From NCBI GenBank assembly GCA_030390025.1, contig CM059433.1:7814001-7878000 (forward strand): a stretch of 64,000 nt of DNA, read 5' to 3'. Below the pieces are notes generated by a model that saw only the letters and a list, made by a program, of their open reading frames with translations, searched no databases and was not told the DNA's origin. This document shows positions 36,101 through 51,100 of the stretch, piece by piece; within the stretch, counting starts at the first letter, position 1, and each line of letters opens with the position of its first letter. The translations under genes were made by a program, and so were the position numbers. This stretch comes from Squalus acanthias (taxonomy: Eukaryota).

Positions 36101-39100
36101 CTCACTGTGAAGCGTGTTCATTCCACAGGACACTCACTGTGAAGCGTGTTGATTCCACAGGACACTCAGTGTGAAGGGTGTTCATTCCACAGGACACTCA
36201 CTGAAAAGGGTGTTCATTCCACAGGACACTCAGTGTGACTGGTGTTCATTCCACAGGACACTCAGTGTGAAGGGTGTTCATTCCACAGGACTTTCAGTGT
36301 GAAGGGTGTTCATTCCACAGGACACTCACTGTGAAGGGTGTTCATTCCACAGGACACTCAGTGTGAAGGGTGTTCGTTCCACAGGACACTCAGTGTGAAG
36401 GGTGTTCATTCCACAGGACACTCAGTGTGAAGGGTGTTCATTCCACAGGACACTCAGTGTGAAGGGTGTTCATTCCACAGGACACTCAGTGTGAAGCGTG
36501 TTCATTCCACAGGACACTCAGTGTGAGGGTGTTCATTCACAGGACACTCAGTGTGACGGGTTTTCATTCCACAGGACACTCAGTGTGAAGGGTTTTCATT
36601 CCACAGGACACTCAGTGTGAAGGGTGTTCATTCCACAGGACACTCAGTGTGAAGGGTGTTCATTCCACAGGACACTCAGTGTGAGGGTTTTCATTCCACA
36701 GGACACTCAGTGTGAAGGGTGTTCATTCCACAGGACACTCAGTGTGAAGGGTATTCATTCCACAGGACACTCACTGTGAAGCGTGTTCATTCCACAAGAC
36801 ACTCACTGTGAAGCGTGTTCATTCCACAGGACACTCAGTGTGAAGGGTGTTGATTCCACAGGACACTCACTGAAAAGGGTGTTCATTCCACAGGACACTC
36901 AGTGTGACTGGTGTTCATTCCACAGGACACTCAGTGTGAAGGGTGTTCATTCCACAGGACTTTCAGTGTGAAGGGTGTTCATTCCACAGGACATTCACTG
37001 TGAAGGGTGTTCATTCCACAGGACACTCAGTGTGAAGGGTGTTCGTTCCACAGGACACTCAGTGTGAAGGGTGTTCATTCCACATCACACTCAGTGTGAA
37101 GGGTGTTCATTCCACAGGACACTCAGTGTGAAGGGTGTTCATTTCACAGGACACTCACTGTGAAGCGTGTTCATTCCACAGGACACTCAGTGTGGAGGGT
37201 GTTTCATTACATGGACACTCAGTGTGAAGGGTGTTCATTCCACAGGACACTCAGTGTGAAGGGTGTTCATTCCACAGGACACTCACTGTGAAGGGTGTTC
37301 ATTCCACAGGACACTCAGTGTGAAGGGTGTTCATTCCACAGGACACTCACTGTGAAGGGTGTTCATTCCACAGGACACTCAGTGTGAAGGGTGTTCATCC
37401 CACATCACACTCAGTGTGAAGGGTGTTCATTCCACAGGACACTCAGTGTGAAGGGTGTTCATTCCCCAGGACACTCAGTGTGAAGGGTTTTTATTCCACA
37501 GGACACTCAGTGTGAAGGGTGTTCATTCCACAGGACACTCAGTGTGAAGGGTTTTTATTCCACAGGACACTCAGTGTGAAGGGTGTTCATTCCACAGGAC
37601 ACTCAGTGTGAAGGGTGTTCATTCCACAGGACACTCAGTGTGAAGGGTGTTCATTCCACAGGACACTCACTGTGAAGGGTTTTCATTCCACAGGACACTC
37701 AGTGTGAAGGGTGTTCATTCCACAGGACACTCACTGAAAAGGGTGTTCATTCCACAGGACACTTACTGTGAAGCGTGTTCATTCCACAGGACACTCACTG
37801 AGAAGGGTATTCATTCCACAGGACACTCAGTGTGAAGGGAGTTCATTCCACAGGACATTCAGTGTGAAGGGTGTTCATTCCACAGGACACTCAGTGTGAA
37901 GGGTGTTCATTTCACAGGACACTCACTGTGAAGGGTGTTCATTCCACAGGACACTCACTGAAAAGGGTGTTCATTCCACAGGACACTTACTGTGAAGCGT
38001 GCTCATTCCACAGGACACTCACTGAAAAGGGTATTCATTCCACAGGACACTCAGTGTGAAGGGTGATCTTTCCACAGGACACTCAGTGTGAAGGGTGTTC
38101 ATTCCACAGGACACACAGTGTGAAGGATGTTCATTCCACAGGACACTCAGTGTGAAGGGTGTTCATTCCACAGGACACTCACTGTGAAGGGTGTTCATTC
38201 CACAGGACACTCACTGTGAAGCTTCTTCATTCCACAGGACACTCAGTGTGAAGGGTGTTCATTCCACAGGACACTCAGTGTGAAGGGTGTTCATTCCACA
38301 GGACACTCAGTGTGAAGGGTTTTCATTCCACAGGACACTCAGTGTGAAGGGTGTTCATTCCACAGGACACTCAGTCTGAAGGGTGTTCATTCCACAGGAC
38401 ACTCAGTGTGAAGGGTGTTCATTCCACAGGACACTCACTGTGAAGGGTGTTCATTCCACAGGACACTCACTGTGAAGGGTGTTCATTCCACAGGACACTC
38501 ACTGTGAAGGGTGTTCATTCCACAGGACACTCAGCGTGAAGGGTATTCATTCCACAGGACACTCAGCGTGAAGGGTGTTCATTCCACAGGACACTCAGTG
38601 TGAAGGGTGTTCATTCCACAGGACACTCAGTGTGAAGGGTGCTCATTGCACAGGACACTCACTGTGAAGGGTGTTCATTCCACAGGACACTCACTGTGAA
38701 GGGTGTTCATTCCACAGGACACTCAGTGTGAAGGGTGTTCATTCCACAGGACACTCAGTGTGAAGGGTGTTCATTCCACAGGACACTCAGTGTGAAGGGT
38801 GTTCATTCCACAGGACACTCAGTGTGAAGGGTGTTCATTCCACAGGACACTCAGTGTGAAGGGTTTTCATTCCACAGGACACTCAGTGTGAAGGGTGTTC
38901 ATTCCACAGGACACTCAGTGTGAAGGGTGTTCATTCCACAGGACACTTTGTGTGAAGGGTGTTCATTCCACAGGACACTCACTGAAAAGTGTGTTCATTC
39001 CACAGGACACTCACTGTGAAGCGTGTTCATTCCACAGGACACTCACTGAAAAGTGTGTTCATTCACAGGACACTCAGTGTGAAGGGTATTCATTCCACAG

Positions 39101-42100
39101 GACACTCACTGTGAAGCGTGTTCATTCCACAGGACACTCAGTGTGAAGGGTATTCATTCCACAGGACACTCACTGTGAAGGGTGTTCATTCCACAGGACA
39201 CTCAGTGTGAAGGGTGTTCATTCCACAGGACACTCAGTGTGAAGGGTGTTCATTCCACAGGACACTCACTGTGAAGCGTGTTCATTCCACAGGACACTCA
39301 CTGTGAAGGGTGTTCATTCCACAGGACACTCACTGAAAGGGTGTTCATTCCACAGGACACTCAGTGTGAAGGGTGTTCATTCACAGGACACTCAGTGTGA
39401 AGGGTGTTCATTCCACAGGACACTCAGTGTGAAGGGTGTTCATTCCACAGGACACTCAGTGTGAAGGGTGTTCATTCCACAGGACACTCAGTGTGAAGGG
39501 TGTTCATTCCACAGGACACTCAGTGTGAAGGGTGTTCATTCCACAGGACACTCACTGTGAAGGGTGTTCATTCCACAGGACACTCACTGTGAAGGGTGTT
39601 CATTCCACAGGACACTCACTGTGAAGGGTGTTCATTCCACAGGACACTCAGTGTGAAGGGTGTTCATTCACAGGACACTCAGTGTGAAGGGTGTTCATTC
39701 CACAGGACACTCAGTGTGAAGGGTGTTCATTCCACAGGACACTCACTGTGAAGGGTGTTCATTCCACAGGACACTCAGTGTGAAGGGTGTTCATTCCACA
39801 GGACACTCAGTGTGAAGGGTGTTCATTCCACAGGACACTCACTGTGAAGGGTGTTCATTCCACAGGACACTCACTGTGAAGGGTGTTCATTCCACAGGAC
39901 ACTCAGTGTGAAGGGTGTTGATTCCACAGGACACTCACTGAAAAGGGTGTTCATTCCACAGGACACTCAGTGTGAAGGGTGTTCATTCCACATCACACTC
40001 AGTGTGAAGGGTGTTCATTCCACAGGACACTCAGTGTGAAGGGTGTTCATTTCACAGGACACTCACTGTGAAGCGTGTTCATTCCACAGGACACTCAGTG
40101 TGGAGGGTGTTCATTACATGGACACTCAGTGTGACGGGTTTTCATTCCACAGGACACTCACTGTGAAGTGTGTTCATTCCACAGGACACTCAGTGTGGAG
40201 GGTTTTCATTCCACAGGACACTCAGTGTGAAGGGTGTTCATTCCACAGGACACTCAGTGTGAAGGGTATTCATTCCACAGGACACTCACTGTGAAGCGTG
40301 TTCATTCCACAAGACACTCACTGTGAAGCGTGTTCATTCCACAGGACACTCAGTGTGAAGGGTGTTGATTCCACAGGACACTCACTGAAAAGGGTGTTCA
40401 TTCCACAGGACACTCAGTGTGACTGGTGTTCATTCCACAGGACACTCAGTGTGAAGGGTGTTCATTCCACAGGACTTTCAGTGTGAAGGGTGTTCATTCC
40501 ACAGGACATTCACTGTGAAGGGTGTTCATTCCACAGGACACTCAGTGTGAAGGGTGTTCGTTCCACAGGACACTCAGTGTGAAGGGTGTTCATTCCACAT
40601 CACACTCAGTGTGAAGGGTGTTCATTCCACAGGACACTCAGTGTGAAGGGTGTTCATTTCACAGGACACTCACTGTGAAGCGTGTTCATTCCACAGGACA
40701 CTCAGTGTGGAGGGTGTTCATTACATGGACACTCAGTGTGAAGGGTGTTCATTCCACAGGACACTCAGTGTGAAGGGTGTTCATTCCACAGGACACTCAC
40801 TGTGAAGGGTGTTCATTCCACAGGACACTCAGTGTGAAGGGTGTTCATTCCACAGGACACTCACTGTGAAGGGTGTTCATTCCACAGGACACTCAGTGTG
40901 AAGGGTGTTCATCCCACATCACACTCAGTGTGAAGGGTGTTCATTCCACAGGACACTCAGTGTGAAGGGTGTTCATTCCCCAGGACACTCAGTGTGAAGG
41001 GTTTTTATTCCACAGGACACTCAGTGTGAAGGGTGTTCATTCCACAGGACACTCAGTGTGAAGGGTTTTTATTCCACAGGACACTCAGTGTGAAGGGTGT
41101 TCATTCCACAGGACACTCAGTGTGAAGGGTGTTCATTCCACAGGACACTCAGTGTGAAGGGTGTTCATTCCACAGGACACTCACTGTGAAGGGTTTTCAT
41201 TCCACAGGACACTCAGTGTGAAGGGTGTTCATTCCACAGGACACTCACTGAAAAGGGTGTTCATTCCACAGGACACTTACTGTGAAGCGTGTTCATTCCA
41301 CAGGACACTCACTGAAAAGGGTATTCATTCCACAGGACACTCAGTGTGAAGGGAGTTCATTCCACAGGACATTCAGTGTGAAGGGTGTTCATTCCACAGG
41401 ACACTCAGTGTGAAGGGTGTTCATTTCACAGGACACTCACTGTGAAGGGTGTTCATTCCACAGGACACTCACTGAAAAGGGTGTTCATTCCACAGGACAC
41501 TTACTGTGAAGCGTGTTCATTCCACAGGACACTTAGTGTGAAGCGTGTTCATTCCACAGGACACTCACTGAAAAGGGTGTTCATTCCACAGGACACTTAC
41601 TGTGAAGCGTGTTCATTCCACAGGACACTCAGCGTGAAGGGTATTCATTCCACAGGACACTCAGTGTGAAGGGTGTTCATTCCACAGGACACTCAGTGTG
41701 AAGGGTGTTCATTCCACAGGACACTCAGTGTGAAGGGTGTTCATTCCACAGGACACTCAGTGTGAAGGGTGTTCATTCCACAGGACACTCACTGTGAAGG
41801 GTGTTCATTCCACAGGACACTCAGTGTGAAGGGTGTTCATTCCACAGGACACTCAGTGTGAAGGGTGTTCATTCCACAGGACACTCAGTGTGAAGGGTGT
41901 TCATTCCACAGGACACTCAGTGTGAAGGGTGTTCATTCCACAGGACACTCAGTGTGAAGGGTGTTCATTCCACAGGACACTCAGTGTGAAGGGTGTTCAT
42001 TCCACAGGACACTCAGTGTGAAGGGTGTTCATTCCACAGGACACTCAGTGTGAAGGGTGTTCATTCCACAGGACACTCACTGTGAAGGGTGTTCATTCCA

Positions 42101-45100
42101 CAGGACACTCACTGTGAAGGGTGTTCATTCCACAGGACACTCAGCTGTGAAGGGTGTTCATTCCACAGGACACTCAGTGTGAAGGGTGTTCATTCCACAG
42201 GACACTCAGTGTGAAGGGTGTTCATTCCACAGGACACTCAGTGTGAAGGGTGTTCATTCCACAGGACACTCAGTGTGAAGGGTGTTCATTCCACAGGACA
42301 CTCAGTGTGAAGGGTGTTCATTCCACAGGACACTCAGTGTGAAGGGTGTTCATTCCACAGGACACTCAGTGTGAAGGGTGTTCATTCCACAGGACACTCA
42401 GTGTGAAGGGTGTTCATTCCACAGGACACTCAGTGTGAAGGGTGTTCATTCCACAGGACACTCAGTGTGAAGGGTGTTCATTCCACAGGACACTCAGTGT
42501 GAAGGGTGTTCATTCCACAGGACACTCAGTGTGAAGGGTGTTCATTCCACAGGACACTCAGTGTGAAGGGTGTTCATTCCACAGGACACTCACTGTGAAG
42601 GGTGTTCATTCCACAGGACACTCAGTGTGAAGGGTGTTCATTCCACAGGACACTCAGTGTGAAGGGTGTTCATTCCACAGGACACTCACTGTGAAGGGTG
42701 TTCATTCCACAGGACACTCACTGTGAAGGGTGTTCATTCCACAGGACACTCAGTGTGAAGGGTGTTCATTCCACAGGACACTCAGTGTGAAGGGTGTTCA
42801 TTCCACAGGACACTCAGTGTGAAGGGTGTTCATTCCACAGGACACTCAGTGTGAAGGGTGTTCATTCCACAGGACACTCAGTGTGAAGGGTGTTCATTCC
42901 ACAGGACACTCACTGTGAAGGGTGTTCATTCCACAGGACACTCAGTGTGAAGGGTGTTCATTCCACAGGACACTCAGTGTGAAGGGTGTTCATTCCACAG
43001 GACACTCAGTGTGAAGGGTGTTCATTCCACAGGACACTCAGTGTGAAGGGTGTTCATTCCACAGGACACTCAGTGTGAAGGGTGTTCATTCCACAGGACA
43101 CTCAGTGTGAAGGGTGTTCATTCCACAGGACACTCAGTGTGAAGGGTGTTCATTCCACAGGACACTCAGTGTGAAGGGTGTTCATTCCACAGGACACTCA
43201 GTGTGAAGGGTGTTCATTCCACAGGACACTCAGTGTGAAGGGTGTTCATTCCACAGGACACTCAGTGTGAAGGGTGTTCATTCCACAGGACACTCAGTGT
43301 GAAGGGTGTTCATTCCACAGGACACTCAGTGTGAAGGGTGTTCATTCCACAGGACACTCAGTGTGAAGGGTGTTCATTCCACAGGACACTCAGTGTGAAG
43401 GGTGTTCATTCCACAGGACACTCAGTGTGAAGGGTGTTCATTCCACAGGACACTCAGTGTGAAGGGTGTTCATTCCACAGGACACTCAGTGTGAAGGGTG
43501 TTCATTCCACAGGACACTCAGTGTGAAGGGTGTTCATTCCACAGGACACTCAGTGTGAAGGGTGTTCATTCCACAGGACACTCACTGTGAAGGGTGTTCA
43601 TTCCACAGGACACTCAGTGTGAAGGGTGTTCATTCCACAGGACACTCAGTGTGAAGGGTGTTCATTCCACAGGACACTCAGTGTGAAGGGTGTTCATTCC
43701 ACAGGACACTCAGTGTGAAGGGTGTTCATTCCACAGGACACTCAGTGTGAAGGGTGTTCATTCCACAGGACACTCAGTGTGAAGGGTGTTCATTCCACAG
43801 GACACTCAGTGTGAAGGGTGTTCATTCCACAGGACACTCAGTGTGAAGGGTGTTCATTCCACAGGACACTCAGTGTGAAGGGTGTTCATTCCACAGGACA
43901 CTCAGTGTGAAGGGTGTTCATTCCACAGGACACTCAGTGTGAAGGGTGTTCATTCCACAGGACACTCAGTGTGAAGGGTGTTCATTCCACAGGACACTCA
44001 GTGTGAAGGGTGTTCATTCCACAGGACACTCAGTGTGAAGGGTGTTCATTCCACAGGACACTCAGTGTGAAGGGTGTTCATTCCACAGGACACTCAGTGT
44101 GAAGGGTGTTCATTCCACAGGACACTCAGTGTGAAGGGTGTTCATTCCACAGGACACTCAGTGTGAAGGGTGTTCATTCCACAGGACACTCAGTGTGAAG
44201 GGTGTTCATTCCACAGGACACTCAGTGTGAAGGGTGTTCATTCCACAGGACACTCAGCTGTGAAGGGTGTTCATTCCACAGGACACTCAGTGTGAAGGGT
44301 GTTCATTCCACAGGACACTCACTGTGAAGGGTGTTCATTCCACAGGACACTCAGTGTGAAGGGTGTTCATTCCACAGGACACTCAGTGTGAAGGGTGTTC
44401 ATTCCACAGGACACTCAGTGTGAAGGGTGTTCATTCCACAGGACACTCAGTGTGAAGGGTGTTCATTCCACAGGACACTCAGTGTGAAGGGTGTTCATTC
44501 CACAGGACACTCAGTGTGAAGGGTGTTCATTCCACAGGACACTCAGTGTGAAGGGTGTTCATTCCACAGGACACTCAGCTGTGAAGGGTGTTCATTCCAC
44601 AGGACACTCAGTGTGAAGGGTGTTCATTCCACAGGACACTCAGTGTGAAGGGTGTTCATTCCACAGGACACTCAGTGTGAAGGGTGTTCATTCCACAGGA
44701 CACTCAGTGTGAAGGGTGTTCATTCCACAGGACACTCAGTGTGAAGGGTGTTCATTCCACAGGACACTCAGTGTGAAGGGTGTTCATTCCACAGGACACT
44801 CACTGTGAAGGGTGTTCATTCCACAGGACACTCAGTGTGAAGGGTGTTCATTCCACAGGACACTCAGTGTGAAGGGTGTTCATTCCACAGGACACTCAGT
44901 GTGAAGGGTGTTCATTCCACAGGACACTCAGTGTGAAGGGTGTTCATTCCACAGGACACTCAGTGTGAAGGGTGTTCATTCCACAGGACACTCAGTGTGA
45001 AGGGTGTTCATTCCACAGGACACTCAGTGTGAAGGGTGTTCATTCCACAGGACACTCAGTGTGAAGGGTGTTCATTCCACAGGACACTCACTGTGAAGGG

Positions 45101-48100
45101 TGTTCATTCCACAGGACACTCAGTGTGAAGGGTGTTCATTCCACAGGACACTCAGTGTGAAGGGTGTTCATTCCACAGGACACTCAGTGTGAAGGGTGTT
45201 CATTCCACAGGACACTCAGTGTGAAGGGTGTTCATTCCACAGGACACTCAGTGTGAAGGGTGTTCATTCCACAGGACACTCACTGTGAAGGGTGTTCATT
45301 CCACAGGACACTCAGTGTGAAGGGTGTTCATTCCACAGGACACTCAGTGTGAAGGGTGTTCATTCCACAGGACACTCAGTGTGAAGGGTGTTCATTCCAC
45401 AGGACACTCAGTGTGAAGGGTGTTCATTCCACAGGACACTCAGTGTGAAGGGTGTTCATTCCACAGGACACTCAGTGTGAAGGGTGTTCATTCCACAGGA
45501 CACTCAGTGTGAAGGGTGTTCATTCCACAGGACACTCAGTGTGAAGGGTGTTCATTCCACAGGACACTCAGTGTGAAGGGTGTTCATTCCACAGGACACT
45601 CACTGTGAAGGGTGTTCATTCCACAGGACACTCACTGTGAAGGGTGTTCATTCCACAGGACACTCAGTGTGAAGGGTGTTCATTCCACAGGACACTCAGT
45701 GTGAAGGGTGTTCATTCCACAGGACACTCAGTGTGAAGGGTGTTCATTCCACAGGACACTCAGTGTGAAGGGTGTTCATTCCACAGGACACTCAGTGTGA
45801 AGGGTGTTCATTCCACAGGACACTCAGTGTGAAGGGTGTTCATTCCACAGGACACTCACTGTGAAGGGTGTTCATTCCACAGGACACTCACTGTGAAGGG
45901 TGTTCATTCCACAGGACACTCAGTGTGAAGGGTGTTCATTCCACAGGACACTCAGTGTGAAGGGTGTTCATTCCACAGGACACTCAGTGTGAAGGGTGTT
46001 CATTCCACAGGACACTCAGTGTGAAGGGTGTTCATTCCACAGGACACTCAGTGTGAAGGGTGTTCATTCCACAGGACACTCAGTGTGAAGGGTGTTCATT
46101 CCACAGGACACTCAGTGTGAAGGGTGTTCATTCCACAGGACACTCAGTGTGAAGGGTGTTCATTCCACAGGACACTCAGTGTGAAGGGTGTTCATTCCAC
46201 AGGACACTCAGTGTGAAGGGTGTTCATTCCACAGGACACTCAGTGTGAAGGGTGTTCATTCCACAGGACACTCAGTGTGAAGGGTGTTCATTCCACAGGA
46301 CACTCAGTGTGAAGGGTGTTCATTCCACAGGACACTCAGTGTGAAGGGTGTTCATTCCACAGGACACTCAGTGTGAAGGGTGTTCATTCCACAGGACACT
46401 CACTGTGAAGGGTGTTCATTCCACAGGACACTCAGTGTGAAGGGTGTTCATTCCACAGGACACTCACTGTGAAGGGTGTTCATTCCACAGGACACTCAGT
46501 GTGAAGGGTGTTCATTCCACAGGACACTCAGTGTGAAGGGTGTTCATTCCACAGGACACTCAGTGTGAAGGGTGTTCATTCCACAGGACACTCAGTGTGA
46601 AGGGTGTTCATTCCACAGGACACTCAGTGTGAAGGGTGTTCATTCCACAGGACACTCAGTGTGAAGGGTGTTCATTCCACAGGACACTCAGTGTGAAGGG
46701 TGTTCATTCCACAGGACACTCAGTGTGAAGGGTGTTCATTCCACAGGACACTCACTGTGAAGGGTGTTCATTCCACAGGACACTCAGTGTGAAGGGTGTT
46801 CATTCCACAGGACACTCAGTGTGAAGGGTGTTCATTCCACAGGACACTCAGTGTGAAGGGTGTTCATTCCACAGGACACTCAGCTGTGAAGGGTGTTCAT
46901 TCCACAGGACACTCACTGTGAAGGGTGTTCATTCCACAGGACACTCAGTGTGAAGGGTGTTCATTCCACAGGACACTCAGTGTGAAGGGTGTTCATTCCA
47001 CAGGACACTCAGTGTGAAGGGTGTTCATTCCACAGGACACTCAGTGTGAAGGGTGTTCATTCCACAGGACACTCAGTGTGAAGGGTGTTCATTCCACAGG
47101 ACACTCAGTGTGAAGGGTGTTCATTCCACAGGACACTCAGTGTGAAGGGTGTTCATTCCACAGGACACTCAGTGTGAAGGGTGTTCATTCCACAGGACAC
47201 TCAGTGTGAAGGGTGTTCATTCCACAGGACACTCAGTGTGAAGGGTGTTCATTCCACAGGACACTCACTGTGAAGGGTGTTCATTCCACAGGACACTCAG
47301 TGTGAAGGGTGTTCATTCACAGGACACTCAGTGTGAAGGGTGTTCATTCCACAGGACACTCAGTGTGAAGGGTGTTCATTCCACAGGACACTCAGTGTGA
47401 AGGGTGTTCATTCCACAGGACACTCAGTGTGAAGGGTGTTCATTCCACAGGACACTCACTGTGAAGGGTGTTCATTCCACAGGACACTCAGTGTGAAGGG
47501 TGTTCATTCCACAGGACACTCAGTGTGAAGGGTGTTCATTCCACAGGACACTCAGTGTGAAGGGTGTTCATTCCACAGGACACTCAGTGTGAAGGGTGTT
47601 CATTCCACAGGACACTCAGTGTGAAGGGTGTTCATTCCACAGGACACTCAGTGTGAAGGGTGTTCATTCCACAGGACACTCAGTGTGAAGGGTGTTCATT
47701 CCACAGGACACTCAGTGTGAAGGGTGTTCATTCCACAGGACACTCAGTGTGAAGGGTGTTCATTCCACAGGACACTCAGTGTGAAGGGTGTTCATTCCAC
47801 AGGACACTCAGCTGTGAAGGGTGTTCATTCCACAGGACACTCAGTGTGAAGGGTGTTCATTCCACAGGACACTCACTGTGAAGGGTGTTCATTCCACAGG
47901 ACACTCAGTGTGAAGGGTGTTCATTCCACAGGACACTCAGTGTGAAGGGTGTTCATTCCACAGGACACTCAGTGTGAAGGGTGTTCATTCCACAGGACAC
48001 TCAGTGTGAAGGGTGTTCATTCCACAGGACACTCAGTGTGAAGGGTGTTCATTCCACAGGACACTCAGTGTGAAGGGTGTTCATTCCACAGGACACTCAC

Positions 48101-51100
48101 TGTGAAGGGTGTTCATTCCACAGGACACTCAGTGTGAAGGGTGTTCATTCCACAGGACACTCAGTGTGAAGGGTGTTCATTCCACAGGACACTCAGTGTG
48201 AAGGGTGTTCATTCCACAGGACACTCAGTGTGAAGGGTGTTCATTCCACAGGACACTCAGTGTGAAGGGTGTTCATTCCACAGGACACTCAGTGTGAAGG
48301 GTGTTCATTCCACAGGACACTCAGTGTGAAGGGTGTTCATTCCACAGGACACTCAGTGTGAAGGGTGTTCATTCCACAGGACACTCAGTGTGAAGGGTGT
48401 TCATTCCACAGGACACTCAGTGTGAAGGGTGTTCATTCCACAGGACACTCAGTGTGAAGGGTGTTCATTCCACAGGACACTCAGTGTGAAGGGTGTTCAT
48501 TCCACAGGACACTCAGTGTGAAGGGTGTTCATTCCACAGGACACTCAGTGTGAAGGGTGTTCATTCCACAGGACACTCAGTGTGAAGGGTGTTCATTCCA
48601 CAGGACACTCAGTGTGAAGGGTGTTCATTCCACAGGACACTCAGTGTGAAGGGTGTTCATTCCACAGGACACTCAGTGTGAAGGGTGTTCATTCCACAGG
48701 ACACTCACTGTGAAGGGTGTTCATTCCACAGGACACTCAGTGTGAAGGGTGTTCATTCCACAGGACACTCAGTGTGAAGGGTGTTCATTCCACAGGACAC
48801 TCAGTGTGAAGGGTGTTCATTCCACAGGACACTCAGTGTGAAGGGTGTTCATTCCACAGGACACTCAGTGTGAAGGGTGTTCATTCCACAGGACACTCAG
48901 TGTGAAGGGTGTTCATTCCACAGGACACTCAGTGTGAAGGGTGTTCATTCCACAGGACACTCAGTGTGAAGGGTGTTCATTCCACAGGACACTCAGTGTG
49001 AAGGGTGTTCATTCCACAGGACACTCAGTGTGAAGGGTGTTCATTCCACAGGACACTCACTGTGAAGGGTGTTCATTCCACAGGACACTCAGTGTGAAGG
49101 GTGTTCATTCCACAGGACACTCAGTGTGAAGGGTGTTCATTCCACAGGACACTCAGTGTGAAGGGTGTTCATTCCACAGGACACTCAGTGTGAAGGGTGT
49201 TCATTCCACAGGACACTCAGTGTGAAGGGTGTTCATTCCACAGGACACTCAGTGTGAAGGGTGTTCATTCCACAGGACACTCAGTGTGAAGGGTGTTCAT
49301 TCCACAGGACACTCAGTGTGAAGGGTGTTCATTCCACAGGACACTCACTGTGAAGGGTGTTCATTCCACAGGACACTCAGTGTGAAGGGTGTTCATTCCA
49401 CAGGACACTCAGTGTGAAGGGTGTTCATTCCACAGGACACTCAGTGTGAAGGGTGTTCATTCCACAGGACACTCAGTGTGAAGGGTGTTCATTCCACAGG
49501 ACACTCAGTGTGAAGGGTGTTCATTCCACAGGACACTCAGTGTGAAGGGTGTTCATTCCACAGGACACTCAGTGTGAAGGGTGTTCATTCCACAGGACAC
49601 TCAGTGTGAAGGGTGTTCATTCCACAGGACACTCAGTGTGAAGGGTGTTCATTCCACAGGACACTCAGTGTGAAGGGTGTTCATTCCACAGGACACTCAG
49701 TGTGAAGGGTGTTCATTCCACAGGACACTCAGTGTGAAGGGTGTTCATTCCACAGGACACTCAGTGTGAAGGGTGTTCATTCCACAGGACACTCAGTGTG
49801 AAGGGTGTTCATTCCACAGGACACTCAGTGTGAAGGGTGTTCATTCCACAGGACACTCACTGTGAAGGGTGTTCATTCCACAGGACACTCAGTGTGAAGG
49901 GTGTTCATTCCACAGGACACTCAGTGTGAAGGGTGTTCATTCCACAGGACACTCAGTGTGAAGGGTGTTCATTCCACAGGACACTCAGTGTGAAGGGTGT
50001 TCATTCCACAGGACACTCAGTGTGAAGGGTGTTCATTCCACAGGACACTCAGTGTGAAGGGTGTTCATTCCACAGGACACTCAGTGTGAAGGGTGTTCAT
50101 TCCACAGGACACTCAGTGTGAAGGGTGTTCATTCCACAGGACACTCAGTGTGAAGGGTGTTCATTCCACAGGACACTCAGTGTGAAGGGTGTTCATTCCA
50201 CAGGACACTCACTGTGAAGGGTGTTCATTCCACAGGACACTCAGTGTGAAGGGTGTTCATTCCACAGGACACTCAGTGTGAAGGGTGTTCATTCCACAGG
50301 ACACTCAGTGTGAAGGGTGTTCATTCCACAGGACACTCAGTGTGAAGGGTGTTCATTCCACAGGACACTCAGTGTGAAGGGTGTTCATTCCACAGGACAC
50401 TCAGTGTGAAGGGTGTTCATTCCACAGGACACTCAGTGTGAAGGGTGTTCATTCCACAGGACACTCACTGTGAAGGGTGTTCATTCCACAGGACACTCAG
50501 TGTGAAGGGTGTTCATTCCACAGGACACTCAGTGTGAAGGGTGTTCATTCCACAGGACACTCAGTGTGAAGGGTGTTCATTCCACAGGACACTCAGTGTG
50601 AAGGGTGTTCATTCCACAGGACACTCAGTGTGAAGGGTGTTCATTCCACAGGACACTCAGTGTGAAGGGTGTTCATTCCACAGGACACTCAGTGTGAAGG
50701 GTGTTCATTCCACAGGACACTCAGTGTGAAGGGTGTTCATTCCACAGGACACTCAGTGTGAAGGGTGTTCATTCCACAGGACACTCAGTGTGAAGGGTGT
50801 TCATTCCACAGGACACTCACTGTGAAGGGTGTTCATTCCACAGGACACTCAGTGTGAAGGGTGTTCATTCCACAGGACACTCAGTGTGAAGGGTGTTCAT
50901 TCCACAGGACACTCAGTGTGAAGGGTGTTCATTCCACAGGACACTCACTGTGAAGGGTGTTCATTCCACAGGACACTCAGTGTGAAGGGTGTTCATTCCA
51001 CAGGACACTCAGTGTGAAGGGTGTTCATTCCACAGGACACTCAGTGTGAAGGGTGTTCATTCCACAGGACACTCAGTGTGAAGGGTGTTCATTCCACAGG

